64,000 bases of DNA, taken from NCBI RefSeq assembly GCF_009914755.1, contig NC_060938.1, one strand, 5' to 3'. The notes beneath the pieces were generated by a model, which saw nothing but the letters and a program-made list of their open reading frames with translations, was not told the origin of the DNA and ran no database searches. Each line of letters starts with the position of its first letter. The stretch's first letter is position 1. Positions 13,447-24,722 of the stretch are shown one piece after another. The position numbers and the translations under genes were made by a program. This DNA is from the human T2T-CHM13v2.0 reference genome, Homo sapiens.

Positions 13447-15639
13447 GGAAAAGGTTTTTTATAATAGATTTTGGATTGAAAATTCTTGTCAGAAATTTGG
13501 AAAGGGGGTGCAAAATCAAATGAGGAATTTATTTCATTGCCTTTTTTTTTCTTTTCCTTCCTTCTTTCCTTTCTTTCTCTCCTTCTTTCTTTCTAACATA
13601 ACCAATAAAACCTATTGTATGTACTATAAAAATCCAGCTGTCTGTTTTGTCTGTCTTCTAAAACCTTTCACCTTGTTTATTTTTTGGACCAAAATGTCTT
13701 TACTCAGCCAGCTTTCCAAGCCAAGCAGGGTTTCAATTTTTTAAGAAGTAAATTTTAACAGGACAATATGGAAGCTCCGAAGAACAGCAGTCTACGAAAA
13801 ACAAATCGTTTGTTTATTTGGCCATTTGTTTTAAGACAAAAGTAGAAACACTGGGCTGAACAGAGACAGGAGAGGCTTTGGGCAATTTCCTCTGAGACCA
13901 TGAGACCGGGCAGGATGAAACGTGAATAGAAAACATGCCAGATGTATGCTGTGCAAATACAAACACAACTTTCTATCACACACTGATTTGGTCATCCCTT
14001 TTTCTTTTTCTCAGAAGCTGATGCCCCCATCACTCTATGGAGCTGGAGAATACCGTCATACGCAAAGTGATCCGAAAGGCCCCTTTGCGCCCAGCCAATC
14101 CTAACACACAAATCCCTTCCACCTCTCAGGGCTTGTGGTGCAGTTTCTCCCCCTGGAATTTTGTCTCAGCAGGTATCAGTACCACCAGTGTGCCAGAGAA
14201 GAATGCAGTCAGGATGGCAAGAAGTACAGTTTTACTTTCTCCCATTCTGTCTTTCCATTTAGCCTATTTTCTTGTCCCCCTCTTCCTCCCCTCCTTATTG
14301 CAAGATGTCTGGCACCAAGCGTCTGGCATGAAATCTTACGGATCTGCATTTTCTGCAGGGCTGTAACAACAGGTTTCAACTTGATTTGCCATCCCTGTGA
14401 AACGTGGAGTTTCATTTGTTTGCTTCCGAGGACAAGAAGGGCTGTAGCTCTTAGTGCTGAAAGGGGGTATCTTTATGTTGGATTGGATGTTTCTAAAGAG
14501 ATGAATTTGACTGTCATGTATTATTTAAGAAAAGTATTTTTATTGTATTCTGTATTGTGAAAGCACATTCCACTTTTGCATGTCATTTCACTGCTTTGTT
14601 GTTTTAAAGTTACTATTGGCCTTGAGAATATCCACTGGCAGAAATTTGCACTTAGCGTTCTAAATAAAATGTTAGTCACAAAAAGATGGTGAGAATCATG
14701 TTACCTGGGCATCTGATTTTACAAGGTGGGGAAACCGAGTCTGGCAAAAAAGAAACGGTTTGCTCAAGGTCAGAGCTGGTTATGATAACACTGGAAGAAT
14801 TCCCGAACTGGAGGGCCTCAGATCATTGGCATAATCCACATGGTCTTCAGGATTGATTCAATGTTCATTTTATTTTTTGCTGTAGCCATTCTTATGCACT
14901 TTTATACCACATCTTCGTATACTTAAAAACAGATGGCCCTTATATGTAATACTATCTCTCTGGACTCACACATATTATTAATATTTGATTATTTTGCAGA
15001 ATTTTATAAAATGGTTTTCCTACTCTGACTGTTTTAAATGACATCATATGCCTTTGGAGAATTTTGAATTGGAGGATATTATCGTTTTTTGGCCACTTCA
15101 AATATATTATGAGTTATATACAGGAAACTGATTTTAAAGAGTGATGGATGGATGGATGGATAGCGTGGATGAGTAAATAAATGAATACATAGGCATATAT
15201 TTACATTTGCACACATACACACCATTTTAATAATAAATGTATTATTTTGTACAGAGACCTGATTGATAAATGCTACACGTGTACATCTCATTGAGCTCAA
15301 GGACAGAGCTTCCCCTCTCCTCACTGTCTGCAGTGCCTGGTCCAGGCAGGACCTGCCATCAAGTCAATGCTGAAAATGTTGGCCACACAAAAACATCTGC
15401 ACCGTCGGAAGGAATAGAAGCTCCAGAACAATGCCTGGGCTTCAAGATCCAATGGAACTTTGTCAGTTGAACGCCAGTCTTGAATCCAGGTCTTCTTGCT
15501 TCCAAATGTGGTCCTCTGCTGTCTCATCAGCCTCTTGGGGCCTCACGCTGGGCTCCAGTTCGGGGTGTGAGGAGACGCCAAATGCTTCTCAGAATGGCCT
15601 ATCTGGGATCTCGCCCAGTGCCTTTCTCCCTCCTCTTGC

Positions 15640-16260
15640 TATTTTTCGTGTCTTTTCTCTTCCCCCTCTCCCTGTGTCGGGCGTGTTTACTTGCAGCAGC
15701 CAGAAAGACCACCTTCCACCCGCCCTCTCTTCGGTTCAGCTGCACCTCTCTACTCCAATAAACCGTTTGCATTCCATCTGGTGAGCGTTTGCTCTGAAGA
15801 CATTTCCTTGTCAATCTCTCCCGCCACATTAAAAATCTGTCATTACGATTGCATCGCCGCCTGGCTCCTGAGATTTCTGACTGCTTTATTGCTCTCCTCA
15901 TTTTTTTCTCTTGCCTGCTACAGCCGAGAAGCAGAAATAAAGGTTTGTTGTTGAAACATGGCCGGGAGGAAAGTAGGAGGCACACATCTGTCAAGACATT
16001 ACCTTTCTTCAACCAGGGATTAAGGTGTTTTACGGCACTCGCTACTGAGCAGTCACACTGAATAAATTTTCTCAGTAGAACATAAAAATGAACTCATACA
16101 TTTTGAACCAAGTTTCTTCTTTCCAGCCAGCCCCAATCATTATGCAGTGGCACCCGCATACAGGGGCGCCAGCGAGTTAGGAAGTTTCTCAGACCCATCC
16201 CACCTCCCGCCAAAGCTGCATTATTTAAATGCCCGTTGAGGCGAAGGAAGCATCGGGATT
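15640..16260. promoter_or_regulatory. Candidate enhancer / CNE with locally retained CpGs
   Basis: Repeat-free and CpG-enriched relative to flanks; FOX TGTTTAC (15684-15690) and three TGTCA (MEIS/TGIF-type) cores. Function is inferred. Confidence 0.35.
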
Positions 16261-16599
16261 AAGGGGAGATGGTGGCTGTGAACACTCAGGCTTCCTCAGC
16301 TTGTGGGAGAGAACAGAAAGATTTAAAAGAAACCTGGCCCCAGGTGTCCTCACTCAGGCCTGGCAATGCCTGATCTTGCTTTAAGAGCCGGATCAAATCC
16401 CTTTCTGTGGGGAGTGGCCCCTGTTTCCTCCACCATCCTGTCCCCTCCTCCCTGCCCTGTAGGAGCACTTATGTGACAACTGCCTGTTTCACAGCCCATC
16501 CTCCTACTTTCTTCTCTATCCCGGAACCTCATGCTTACAAGACTTTACAGTGGCTATTAAGAGCGATGTAACCATAATATTTTGGAGGGCTTTGTTTTG

Positions 16600-16800
16600 C
16601 ATTCTAAACTTTGTACATGGATTAGCCCATTTAGACTTCCCAGCCACCCATTAAAGTAGGTCATTCTGCTCTCATCTTATAGATGAGGAAACTGGGATAG
16701 AAAGTCGTGTTAAGCACCTTGCAGAAAGTCAAAGAGCTAGCCAGGGACAGACCTAGGATTTGAACCCAGCATCAGAACCCCTACTTCTAAGACCAGCAGT
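16600..16800 (-). mobile_element. MIR SINE
   Basis: ctcatcttatagatgaggaaactggg...gttaagcaccttgc...ctaggatttgaacccagc. Confidence 0.75.
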
Positions 16801-17052
16801 CTGTTGTTAAGTGCTGTGCTATTCTGCCAAGGGCATAAGGCATGGGGACAGAGGAGTTTAGGAAAGGCTTTGAAACAACTTTCTGGCACAGCAGCGTCTT
16901 GGTAATGAGCAAAGGTGCCTGGGAGCGCTATCTTGTCCTGGTACCCTCTGCCCTGGGGGCTGCCACAGCCCCACCCAAAGTTACAGAGCAACAGGATTGG
17001 TGACCTGGGCTGATGCTGCATCTGAACTCCCTTTGTGACTTTCTCCACTATT

Positions 17053-17066
17053 TCTCTCTCTCTCTC

Positions 17067-17110
<44 letters not shown>

Positions 17111-17112
17111 AC
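17053..17112. repeat. (TC)n(CA)n compound microsatellite
   Basis: Direct reading. Confidence 0.95.
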
Positions 17113-17859
17113 AATGTCCTCTCCACCTTTCTGACTATGCTATTCTCTCTACCTGGAATCCTGAAATTCTCTCTATTATTTTTTTAAAGGTAGGGAAAAC
17201 TATTCATCCTTCAAAACCTTTTACTTTCTGTGAAATCTTTCTTTACCCTTCAAGAATAAAATACAGACTCCCCACAACAACAACAACAAAAACAACACCC
17301 CGCGTGTCTTTTCTCATCCCTGAGTAATGGCACCCACCGAGTTGTATTATACAGGATCTGTTTTCAGGTCAGTCTCCCCGATAACCATCACAAAATTCAG
17401 CACCCCGATACACACTGAGCCCTTAGTAATCTTCATAATAACCCTAAGAGATAGCTCTGCTCTCATCTCTTAAACTGAAGACCTTCTGTTTAGCACCTCA
17501 ATACCATTGTGTTCTCTGAATGGCCTAATGGAACCAGCAGTGCAGTGAGGGCTGGGAGCAAGACTTGGGGATCTGGAGATTGCCTGGAATTGAGGGCTGG
17601 AAGCTGGTTGTGGTTTCTATGGTTTCTAAGAGCTGCCCTTGAACCATGCATCCAGACACCCTCAAGGCAGGGCTTGCAGGAGGCACCTCCTTATCACCAG
17701 ACCTAGGCTCAGGACCTGGCAGATAGTGCCCGCAGGGAAAGAAACTCTGCTTTGCTACCAGAAACCTACTTCTAAGACCAGGCTTGGTTTTCCTGGATGG
17801 CCTTGCTGCTTGCATTGCTTATAATGGTAAAAGTCTGAAAGCAGCCGGGATGTTCAGCT

Positions 17860-18170
17860 AAACAGGAATCCCTATGATAATCCAGTCATGCAAAAGAGCC
17901 CTATGCAATCGTGAAGAAAAATGAGGTCACTCTAAATGTGCTGATACAGAAGAGTTAACAAAATTAACTATTGTTAGCTGAATAAAAAGCAAGAGGCAGA
18001 ACAGCGTATCACACAAAGAGACAAACATGCATGATAACATGTAGACTACTCCTGAAAGAATGAATAAAAACCAGTGGTCATCCCCAAAACAAAAAATAAT
18101 TTTTCTTGTCTATCCATTTTATGTAGTTTGAATTTTTGGCAATGTGTAGGTCTTATTTGCAATAAAATAT
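17860..18170 (+). mobile_element. Old L1M 3' fragment
   Basis: ctatgcaatcgtgaagaaaaatgaggtcactctaaatgtgctgatacagaag...tattgttagctgaataaaaagcaagaggcagaacag. Confidence 0.6.
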
Positions 18171-19034
18171 GAGTTAATTTTAGGTAAGTGCTTTATGAAA
18201 TCCTAAGGACCACCCTGAAGCGCAAACAGCATCACTAGAGTGGATATGCCCAGCCATGGGTTTGTGAGAATTGGGGAACTCCAGCTCAGTGTAGACAGGC
18301 TGGGACACAAGTAAGGACTCACCCTCTTAGGCTGAGCTGGCCCTGGACTAAGGGACGCTTTGCTTATCTTCCTTGTGGCCTAGGCACTGAGCGAATGACC
18401 CATGTTCATTTTTGCTTCCCAGCTCCTGTCTATTCTGATCGGATAAACGGGCCAGTTGGCAGGACCATTGTGATTAACCTTGGCTGATCCCTGAGTGAAT
18501 GATCTTCTGGATACAGGTGGTAGGCCTTGAGCTGATTTGCCACAAGGTAGAAGTCTCAATGTCCCTCATTACCCAACAAACCATTAGGCAGGGAATGACA
18601 ATACCATGGCTCAGATTGTTTCCCGATAGCCGTCATGGCCTGTCTCCTACATAGAATAGCACGCATCTTGCTGTGAGTCAATCCCTTGCCCACTGGCTGC
18701 AAGTCATGTGAAATTCAATTAACTTTCTACAGGAGGAATAAAAGCAAGGAAGAAGCTGCCACACCTCGAGAGCCAACATGTTACTGAGCACTGTGGTCAA
18801 TCAGTATTTTTATCAGATTAAATTAAACATTATCCCAATGACAAGTCCACATGGCGAGCGTTATCATCCGCATTCTACATACCCAGTTGCTGAGGCCCAG
18901 CTGCAAGGTGGTGTAGAGGACAGGATGGGGGAGCCTTTCCATTTGATCTGTCTGCTCCGTCTGTGAGGTGAGAGTGCGGGGGCTCTCAGTTTGAATATTG
19001 TCTCCACCAGGGTCAAGGGGGGCTACCTGGGGGA

Positions 19035-19180
19035 TTATATCACTTCTCTATGCTTCAGTTGCCTCAGCTGTAATGTGCTGCTTACGCCACTGCGCTATTG
19101 TGAGGATGAAATGAGATACCGCTTAAAGGCCCATCGTGCTTGGCATACAGTAAATGCTCAATAAACCCTACTCATCATTA
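19035..19180 (+). mobile_element. MIR SINE
   Basis: cttctctatgcttcagttgcctcagctgtaa...ttgtgaggatgaaatgagata...gtgcttggcatacagtaaatgctcaataaa. Confidence 0.8.
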
Positions 19181-19379
19181 TAATCCAACTTGCCAAAATG
19201 TTCTCCTTTTGGCTTTACTCCCCAATCAGAGTTCACACATGCAGAGATGTGGGCCCTTCCTTAAGTTTCCCTTTCTTCCTATCCCCACCCAATTTCTTCA
19301 AATTTGTTTTGTTAGTTAGATTTTTATTTTCTTGTGACCATTTTGTAAAACTGGTTTTGGAGTCCAAAATCCTGTCAAC

Positions 19380-19590
19380 TTGAGCACATTAATCTGCAAT
19401 CCCCATAAGGATGTGTAATGTGATTTATAGATGCATTTTCTTTAGCTTAACAATATCACGTTCACATTTCGGCCTCGACGGCCTTCATCACCTTGCCAAA
19501 CTCTGGAATTTTATTGTTGGATCAAATAAACTGTGGTTATAAATCATTCCCAGATGTCAGCCTAATTATTTAGAATGCGTGGGGACCTGT
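19380..19590. promoter_or_regulatory. Candidate CNE / enhancer
   Basis: Two inverted PBX-HOX sites (TGATTTAT 19421-19428; ATAAATCA 19539-19546), SOX ATTGTT, RUNX TGTGGTT, TGTCA and TAATTA. Function is inferred. Confidence 0.4.
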
Positions 19591-21364
19591 TGGATGGAGT
19601 GCTTTGGCCACACACTCGCCGCGTGTTTCTGACAGCAGCTTCCTCCCCGCCTCGCCCTGAGAGCTCTCGGGGCTGGCTCTGAGGCACTGGCTTTCTGCCC
19701 CAACCCCAGGGCTTCCAGGCATTTCCTTTTTTATTTCTCAAAGATGTCCCCACCAATGCTGGTTTCCAGGAGTTGGGGTTTCCCATCAGATCCCTGACCC
19801 CCTTCCACAGAAAAGCAATTTGCTTCCCCATGATTTTTCACAGCCAACGTTGACAAACAAATGGGACACTTGTCAGGGCTACTTGCTGACCATGAGCAAA
19901 GAGGGGAGTGCAGGGCTTTGGGGTGGCAGGAGGGTGGGGCTAAGCTTTCGGAAACAGAAGCCCTCAGGGTCATCCTCTGGTCCTGCTGGCGGCACCACTT
20001 AGCAAGACTGAAGGGGAGGACAGAAAGGAACCCTAGTTTTTTTTGGATCTTAAATGGAGATTTTCCAGAAAATTCATTCAGAGAAGGAGCACCGACTGTT
20101 CACAGCTCGAGCCACAATCCCCAAAAAATCAGCCTCTGCCTACGGTGCCTTCCTCCTTTCTTCCTGTCTTCCTCGTCTAGCTTTGCCTTTCATCACATGC
20201 CACCATGGAGGCTCCCACCTGCCTCTCCTCTCTCTACCGTTAGGGTGACTCTGCTGGAGAGGAGACTTCACTGTTAGGAAGGGGAGACCTAGGATGGGCT
20301 GGCCACACACGGGCCAGGGGCTGCACTGCCTACCGCATCTCTCCTCCCGTGGGGACTGTACAGGTGCTTTCTTTAAAAAGTGCCTTGATAAACCCTAATA
20401 TTTTAAAATATTCACTTCTGTATCCAGGCCTCTCTCAAAGAGCGACTTTAAGGGTGGTTAATGTTTACAAATGCACGCTCTGCACAGTGGAGCAGTGGCC
20501 GTGCCCTTCTAGTTTCCCTGGCTCCATTATCAGGAGAGGAATCCCTTGCTGGAGAGCATCCCAGCTGTGCTGAGGTCCCAGCTGCTGATGTTGGCCTCTG
20601 CTGCCCTACCCCTCCTTCCGATCCAGGGCCCAGTGGCCTTCCTGCCGGAACTCGGCCTCCTGCCCCTGCCCTCCCACCAGTGTGCGCGGACATGCAGGTG
20701 TCTACCCTGAGCCTCCTCCCCCGTCACCTGGGTTGGTGTTTAGCCAGTTGACACCGTGGCTTGTGGTTTTGCTCCGCCAAAGCCTCCGCCACATGGAGCG
20801 TTCCAGGGCGAGCTATAAACGTGACCAGGCCACGAGCTCAGCTGTTGGCAAAGGGTGTGACCAACTGAAAGTGTTTCTTTGGAGCGGCTAAAACAGCAAG
20901 GTCTCCAGGGTGGGGGGAAATGGATGGTGACGGATTTTTCTACAGTTTCTTTGTGAGATTTTTTTTAGCTTCCACCCTCTCTATCAGATTAAAAATAATA
21001 ATAATAATAAAATCCCAAAAAACGGGGAAAAATGCTGGAGATGAAATTGTTTGAGAGGCAGACCATTATAAAAAGAGAAAAAGAAATGGCTCAGGGTTTC
21101 AAAGACTTCTTACTGGCTTATCAGCAGGGAAACAGCTACTGCCCTGCGGCCTCATGGGAGAGCTTAGATGTGGGAACAAGTTGTGAACGTTACTGGATCA
21201 TAGGGTGCCAGGAAGGTGTGAGGGGTTGGTATTAAGGCGCTAACAAAACATACAGAAGGTGGAGAACTTTAAAAGATGGGAGAGGGCCAACGAGTCCTAC
21301 TTGGGTCTCCAGCAATGGCTCTAGGACACACCCTGTGCTCACCACACCAGGGAGTAGAAGCTGA

Positions 21365-22301
21365 AGATGCCTAGAGTTCAGTCAGAGACACCCAGAGTTC
21401 AGTCAGAGATGCTGAGGGTTCAGTCAGAAATGACCAGAGTTCAGACAGAGCTGCCCAGAATTCAGTCAGAGATGCCCAGAATTCAGTCAGAGGCAACCAG
21501 AGTTCAGTCTGAGAGTATCAGAGTTCAGTCAAAAACAACTAGAATTCAGTCAGAAATAACCAGAGTTCAATCACAGCTGCCCAGAGTTTAGTCAGAGACA
21601 CCCAGAGTTCAGCCAGAGACAACCAGAGTTCAGTCAGAGATGCCCAGAGTTGTCAGAGATGCCCAGAGTTCAGTGAGCGATGACCAGGGTTCAGTGAGAG
21701 ATGACCAAAGTTCAGTTAAAAAAAAAATCAGAATTTAGTCAAAAATGACCCAAGTTCAGTCAGAGCTGCCCAGAGTTTAGTCAGAGATGCCCAGAATTCA
21801 GTCAGAAATGACCAGAGTTCAGTCAGAGACACTCAGAGTTCAGTCAAAGGCTACCAGAATTCAGTCAAAAACAACTAGAATTCAGTCAGAAATGATCAGA
21901 GTGCAATCAGAGCTATCAGAGTTCAGCCAGAGATGCCCAAAATTCAGTCAGAGACAACTAGGGTTCAGTCTGAGATTATCAGAGTTCAGTCAAAAACAAC
22001 TAGAATTCAGTCAGGAATAACCAGAGTTCAGTCAGAGCTGCCCAGAGTTCAGTCAGAGACACCCAGAGTTCATCCAGAGACAACCAAAGTTCAGTCAGAG
22101 CTGTCCAGAATGCAATCAGAGAAGGCCAGAATTCAGTCAGAGATGACAAGATTTCAGTCATAAATAGCTAGAGTTCAGTCAGAAATGACCAGAGTTCAGT
22201 CAGAGGCAGTTTAGTCAGAGATAGCCTGAGCTCAGTCAGAGACAACCAGAGTTCAGTCAGGGCTGCCCACAGTTCAGTCAGAGATGTCCTGAGTTCTGTC
22301 A
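21365..22301. repeat. Minisatellite/VNTR with a 21-bp unit (~CCAGAGTTCAGTCAGAGATGC), about 44 diverged copies
   Basis: agagttcagtcaga recurs every 21 bp with a variable 6-7 nt segment. Confidence 0.97.
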
Positions 22302-24509
22302 CTGAGCTTGAAATGACACACCATGCCCCCAACTCCCATTCTGGGAAAATGTCCATAGTCCAGGAAAAACACAATCTTCAAATTGAGGTTAAAGTTCAAA
22401 ATGTCCTGTTAGTACAGCCCATCACTGAATGGACAAACTGCCTTAGAGAGCTCCTCATGTAATTTTGGGCTACCTCATGAATGTTTCTGTGGAGGAAAGA
22501 TCACTAGTTTTGAGGTCAGACTGTCTTGGGTCAAAACCCAGCTTTGAAAGGTGCAGTTTCTGTGAACGTGGGAAAATTGGCAAATCTGTGCAGAAGTGGG
22601 GAAAGTAATGCTTCCCTGTAAGGACTGCTATGAGGGTGACATAAAGCTCCTCGAAGAGGCATCAGTGCAAATTAGGTCCTGAACCAGCGTGAATCCCTGA
22701 GCATCACACAGGTGGCGTTCTGGCCGTGGTCCAATGTGTAGGAGTTCCAGAATGGGTGCAGAAGGACAAGCAAAAGGATGGGAGGGTGAGCGGAAGACTG
22801 AAATAAATAGATCTCTGTGTCCTTTCCAAATTGCTGCTGTTTTTTTTTGTTTGTTTGTTTGTTTGTTTTCAAATTTTTCAGAATTTTTTATTGGAAAAAA
22901 TTGAATAATTTTTTCTTGAAAGAATTTTCCCTTAGGGAAACTCAAATATTTTAAAGTCGAATTGGTGAGAAGCTAAACTCAAATCTCTCCTAAACCTAAA
23001 CAAGTGAATTTTTTTTCTTATTTCTCTAAGTCTAATAGGCAATCAGCTATCTAACTGATTAGTTTATTGACCAGTTAAAAATATTATAGATTCAGTTTCC
23101 ATTAAGAAACAAAATAAATTACAACCCAATGATGATCCCACTCAGTGTCAAACCCTGTATTATAATTTGAACCTGAGAGGTATTTCTTCTTTCTCCCTCA
23201 GATGTGGTGCTTTGTGAAAAGGTAAGATACCAGCCAGGCCACTTGGCAATGGCATGACGTAAGGTTTGGAAGGATCTTTCCTAGTCATTGAGGTCTATTG
23301 TGTGGTCTGGGAGGCAGCACAGCTGACCTGGGGCAGAGACTCCTCAGCAGGGGCCACTGCCTCTCATTTGGTTCGTAGATCCCTCAGGCACTCCTCATGG
23401 GGAGTGAGAAGGTGCCCTAGGAAGTTCTTCCTGTCCCCCTCTGCCTCCTTTACTTGACACGTCTCAGGCAGAAAAATCGTATGCAAAAACATGGAAGTAG
23501 GACCCAACCTGTTGTACTCCAGAGAGAGAGAGTCCCTAGTCTGTTCCCAGCACTGCACTCCCGGCTCCACAGGCATCAATGCTTTATGGGCCTCACACCG
23601 GGAATCCCTCGCATGAGCACCTGGAGGGAGGTGCTTTCATTCTTCTCATTTTACTGATTTAAAACTTGGAGCTGAGAGGGAGGGAATAACTTATCCAAAT
23701 GACAGTTCTTGAAGGCCTGCATCCCAAGATTAGCAAATGTGGATTTAGTAACCTTGGGATGGGAGCAGGAGTTAGAAGAATGAAAAAGCCATTACCCCTG
23801 ATCCTGATTTCAAGGGGATCCCAGCCTGGGTCAGCTAGTTAAAACTCTTCTTTTCCATCAAGGAACATACGATGGATTCATCGACACAACAGGTATTTCT
23901 TGAGCACTGACTTGTCCCAATCACTGATCCAGACACAGGGGGCTGTGTGCCCCCAGGGACTGAGAGGACAGCTGCAAAGGCTGTGTTCTTCCCCATGAGC
24001 CACAGGGTCCCTTGTGTATGCAGAGAAACGCAGCAGCGCATTTGTACAATAAAAAGACCATTTTACAGAGTTGTCACTGGATATCTCTAATCTACTTAAA
24101 AATGTAAACTAAGTTCCCATACTTTAACTATGCCTGTGAACCATGTGTGGGATTCAGTGTGTGACCTGTGGGTTTGCTGTGATAGGTATTGGGGAAGGAA
24201 CATAAACCAACCCATGCAATTCCCGGGGCTAACAACTAAGCCAGGGATGGCCACTCCAGGTGGCTTCCAAGGCAAGGTGTGATTAAAGATGGGTGCATGT
24301 CAGCCCTCGAAAAAAATGAGAACATCCAGATAGAGGAACTAGGACAAGCAAGAGGCAAGCTCTGTGTGGTGGGTGGCCGGTCAGGAGCAAGGGGACCCAT
24401 GGTTGATTTAAACTGTTGAAGAAGAAACCCTGACTCAGGGAGTGGCCCAGGAAGTCCCTGGGACCTCTACAACCTTATATATGCCATGTTAAGGAAGTTG
24501 TCTGTGCTA

Positions 24510-24722
24510 CATGGTTGCTCCCCCTTGGCCCTGTTGACATTTGGGGCTAGATCCTTCTTTGTGGGGGGCTGTCCTGTGCATTGTAGGGTGCTGAGCAGCA
24601 GCCCTGGCCTCTACCCACTAGATGCCAGTAGCAGTCCCTCCTCCAGTTGTGATAACGGAAAATATCTCCAGGCATTGTCAAATGTCCCCTGGGGGCAAAA
24701 TCGCCCTGGGTTGAGAACATTG
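24510..24722 (-). mobile_element. MER20 (hAT-Charlie non-autonomous DNA transposon), near full length
   Basis: ggctgtcctgtgcattgtagg...ggcctctacccactagatgccagtagca...aaatgtcccctgggggcaaaatcgccctgggttgagaac is the reverse complement of the MER20 consensus. Confidence 0.9.

Noticed and set aside
16150-16175. Possible CTCF site (catacaggggcgcc); similar candidates near 22705 and 60512
   Set aside because: Each matches only part of CCASYAGRKGGCR, with wrong spacing or 5' mismatches.
21365-22301. CRISPR-like appearance (constant core plus variable segment)
   Set aside because: The variable parts are only 6-7 nt and are related to each other. There are no unique 25-45 nt spacers, no cas genes, and the context is eukaryotic. 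It is a minisatellite.
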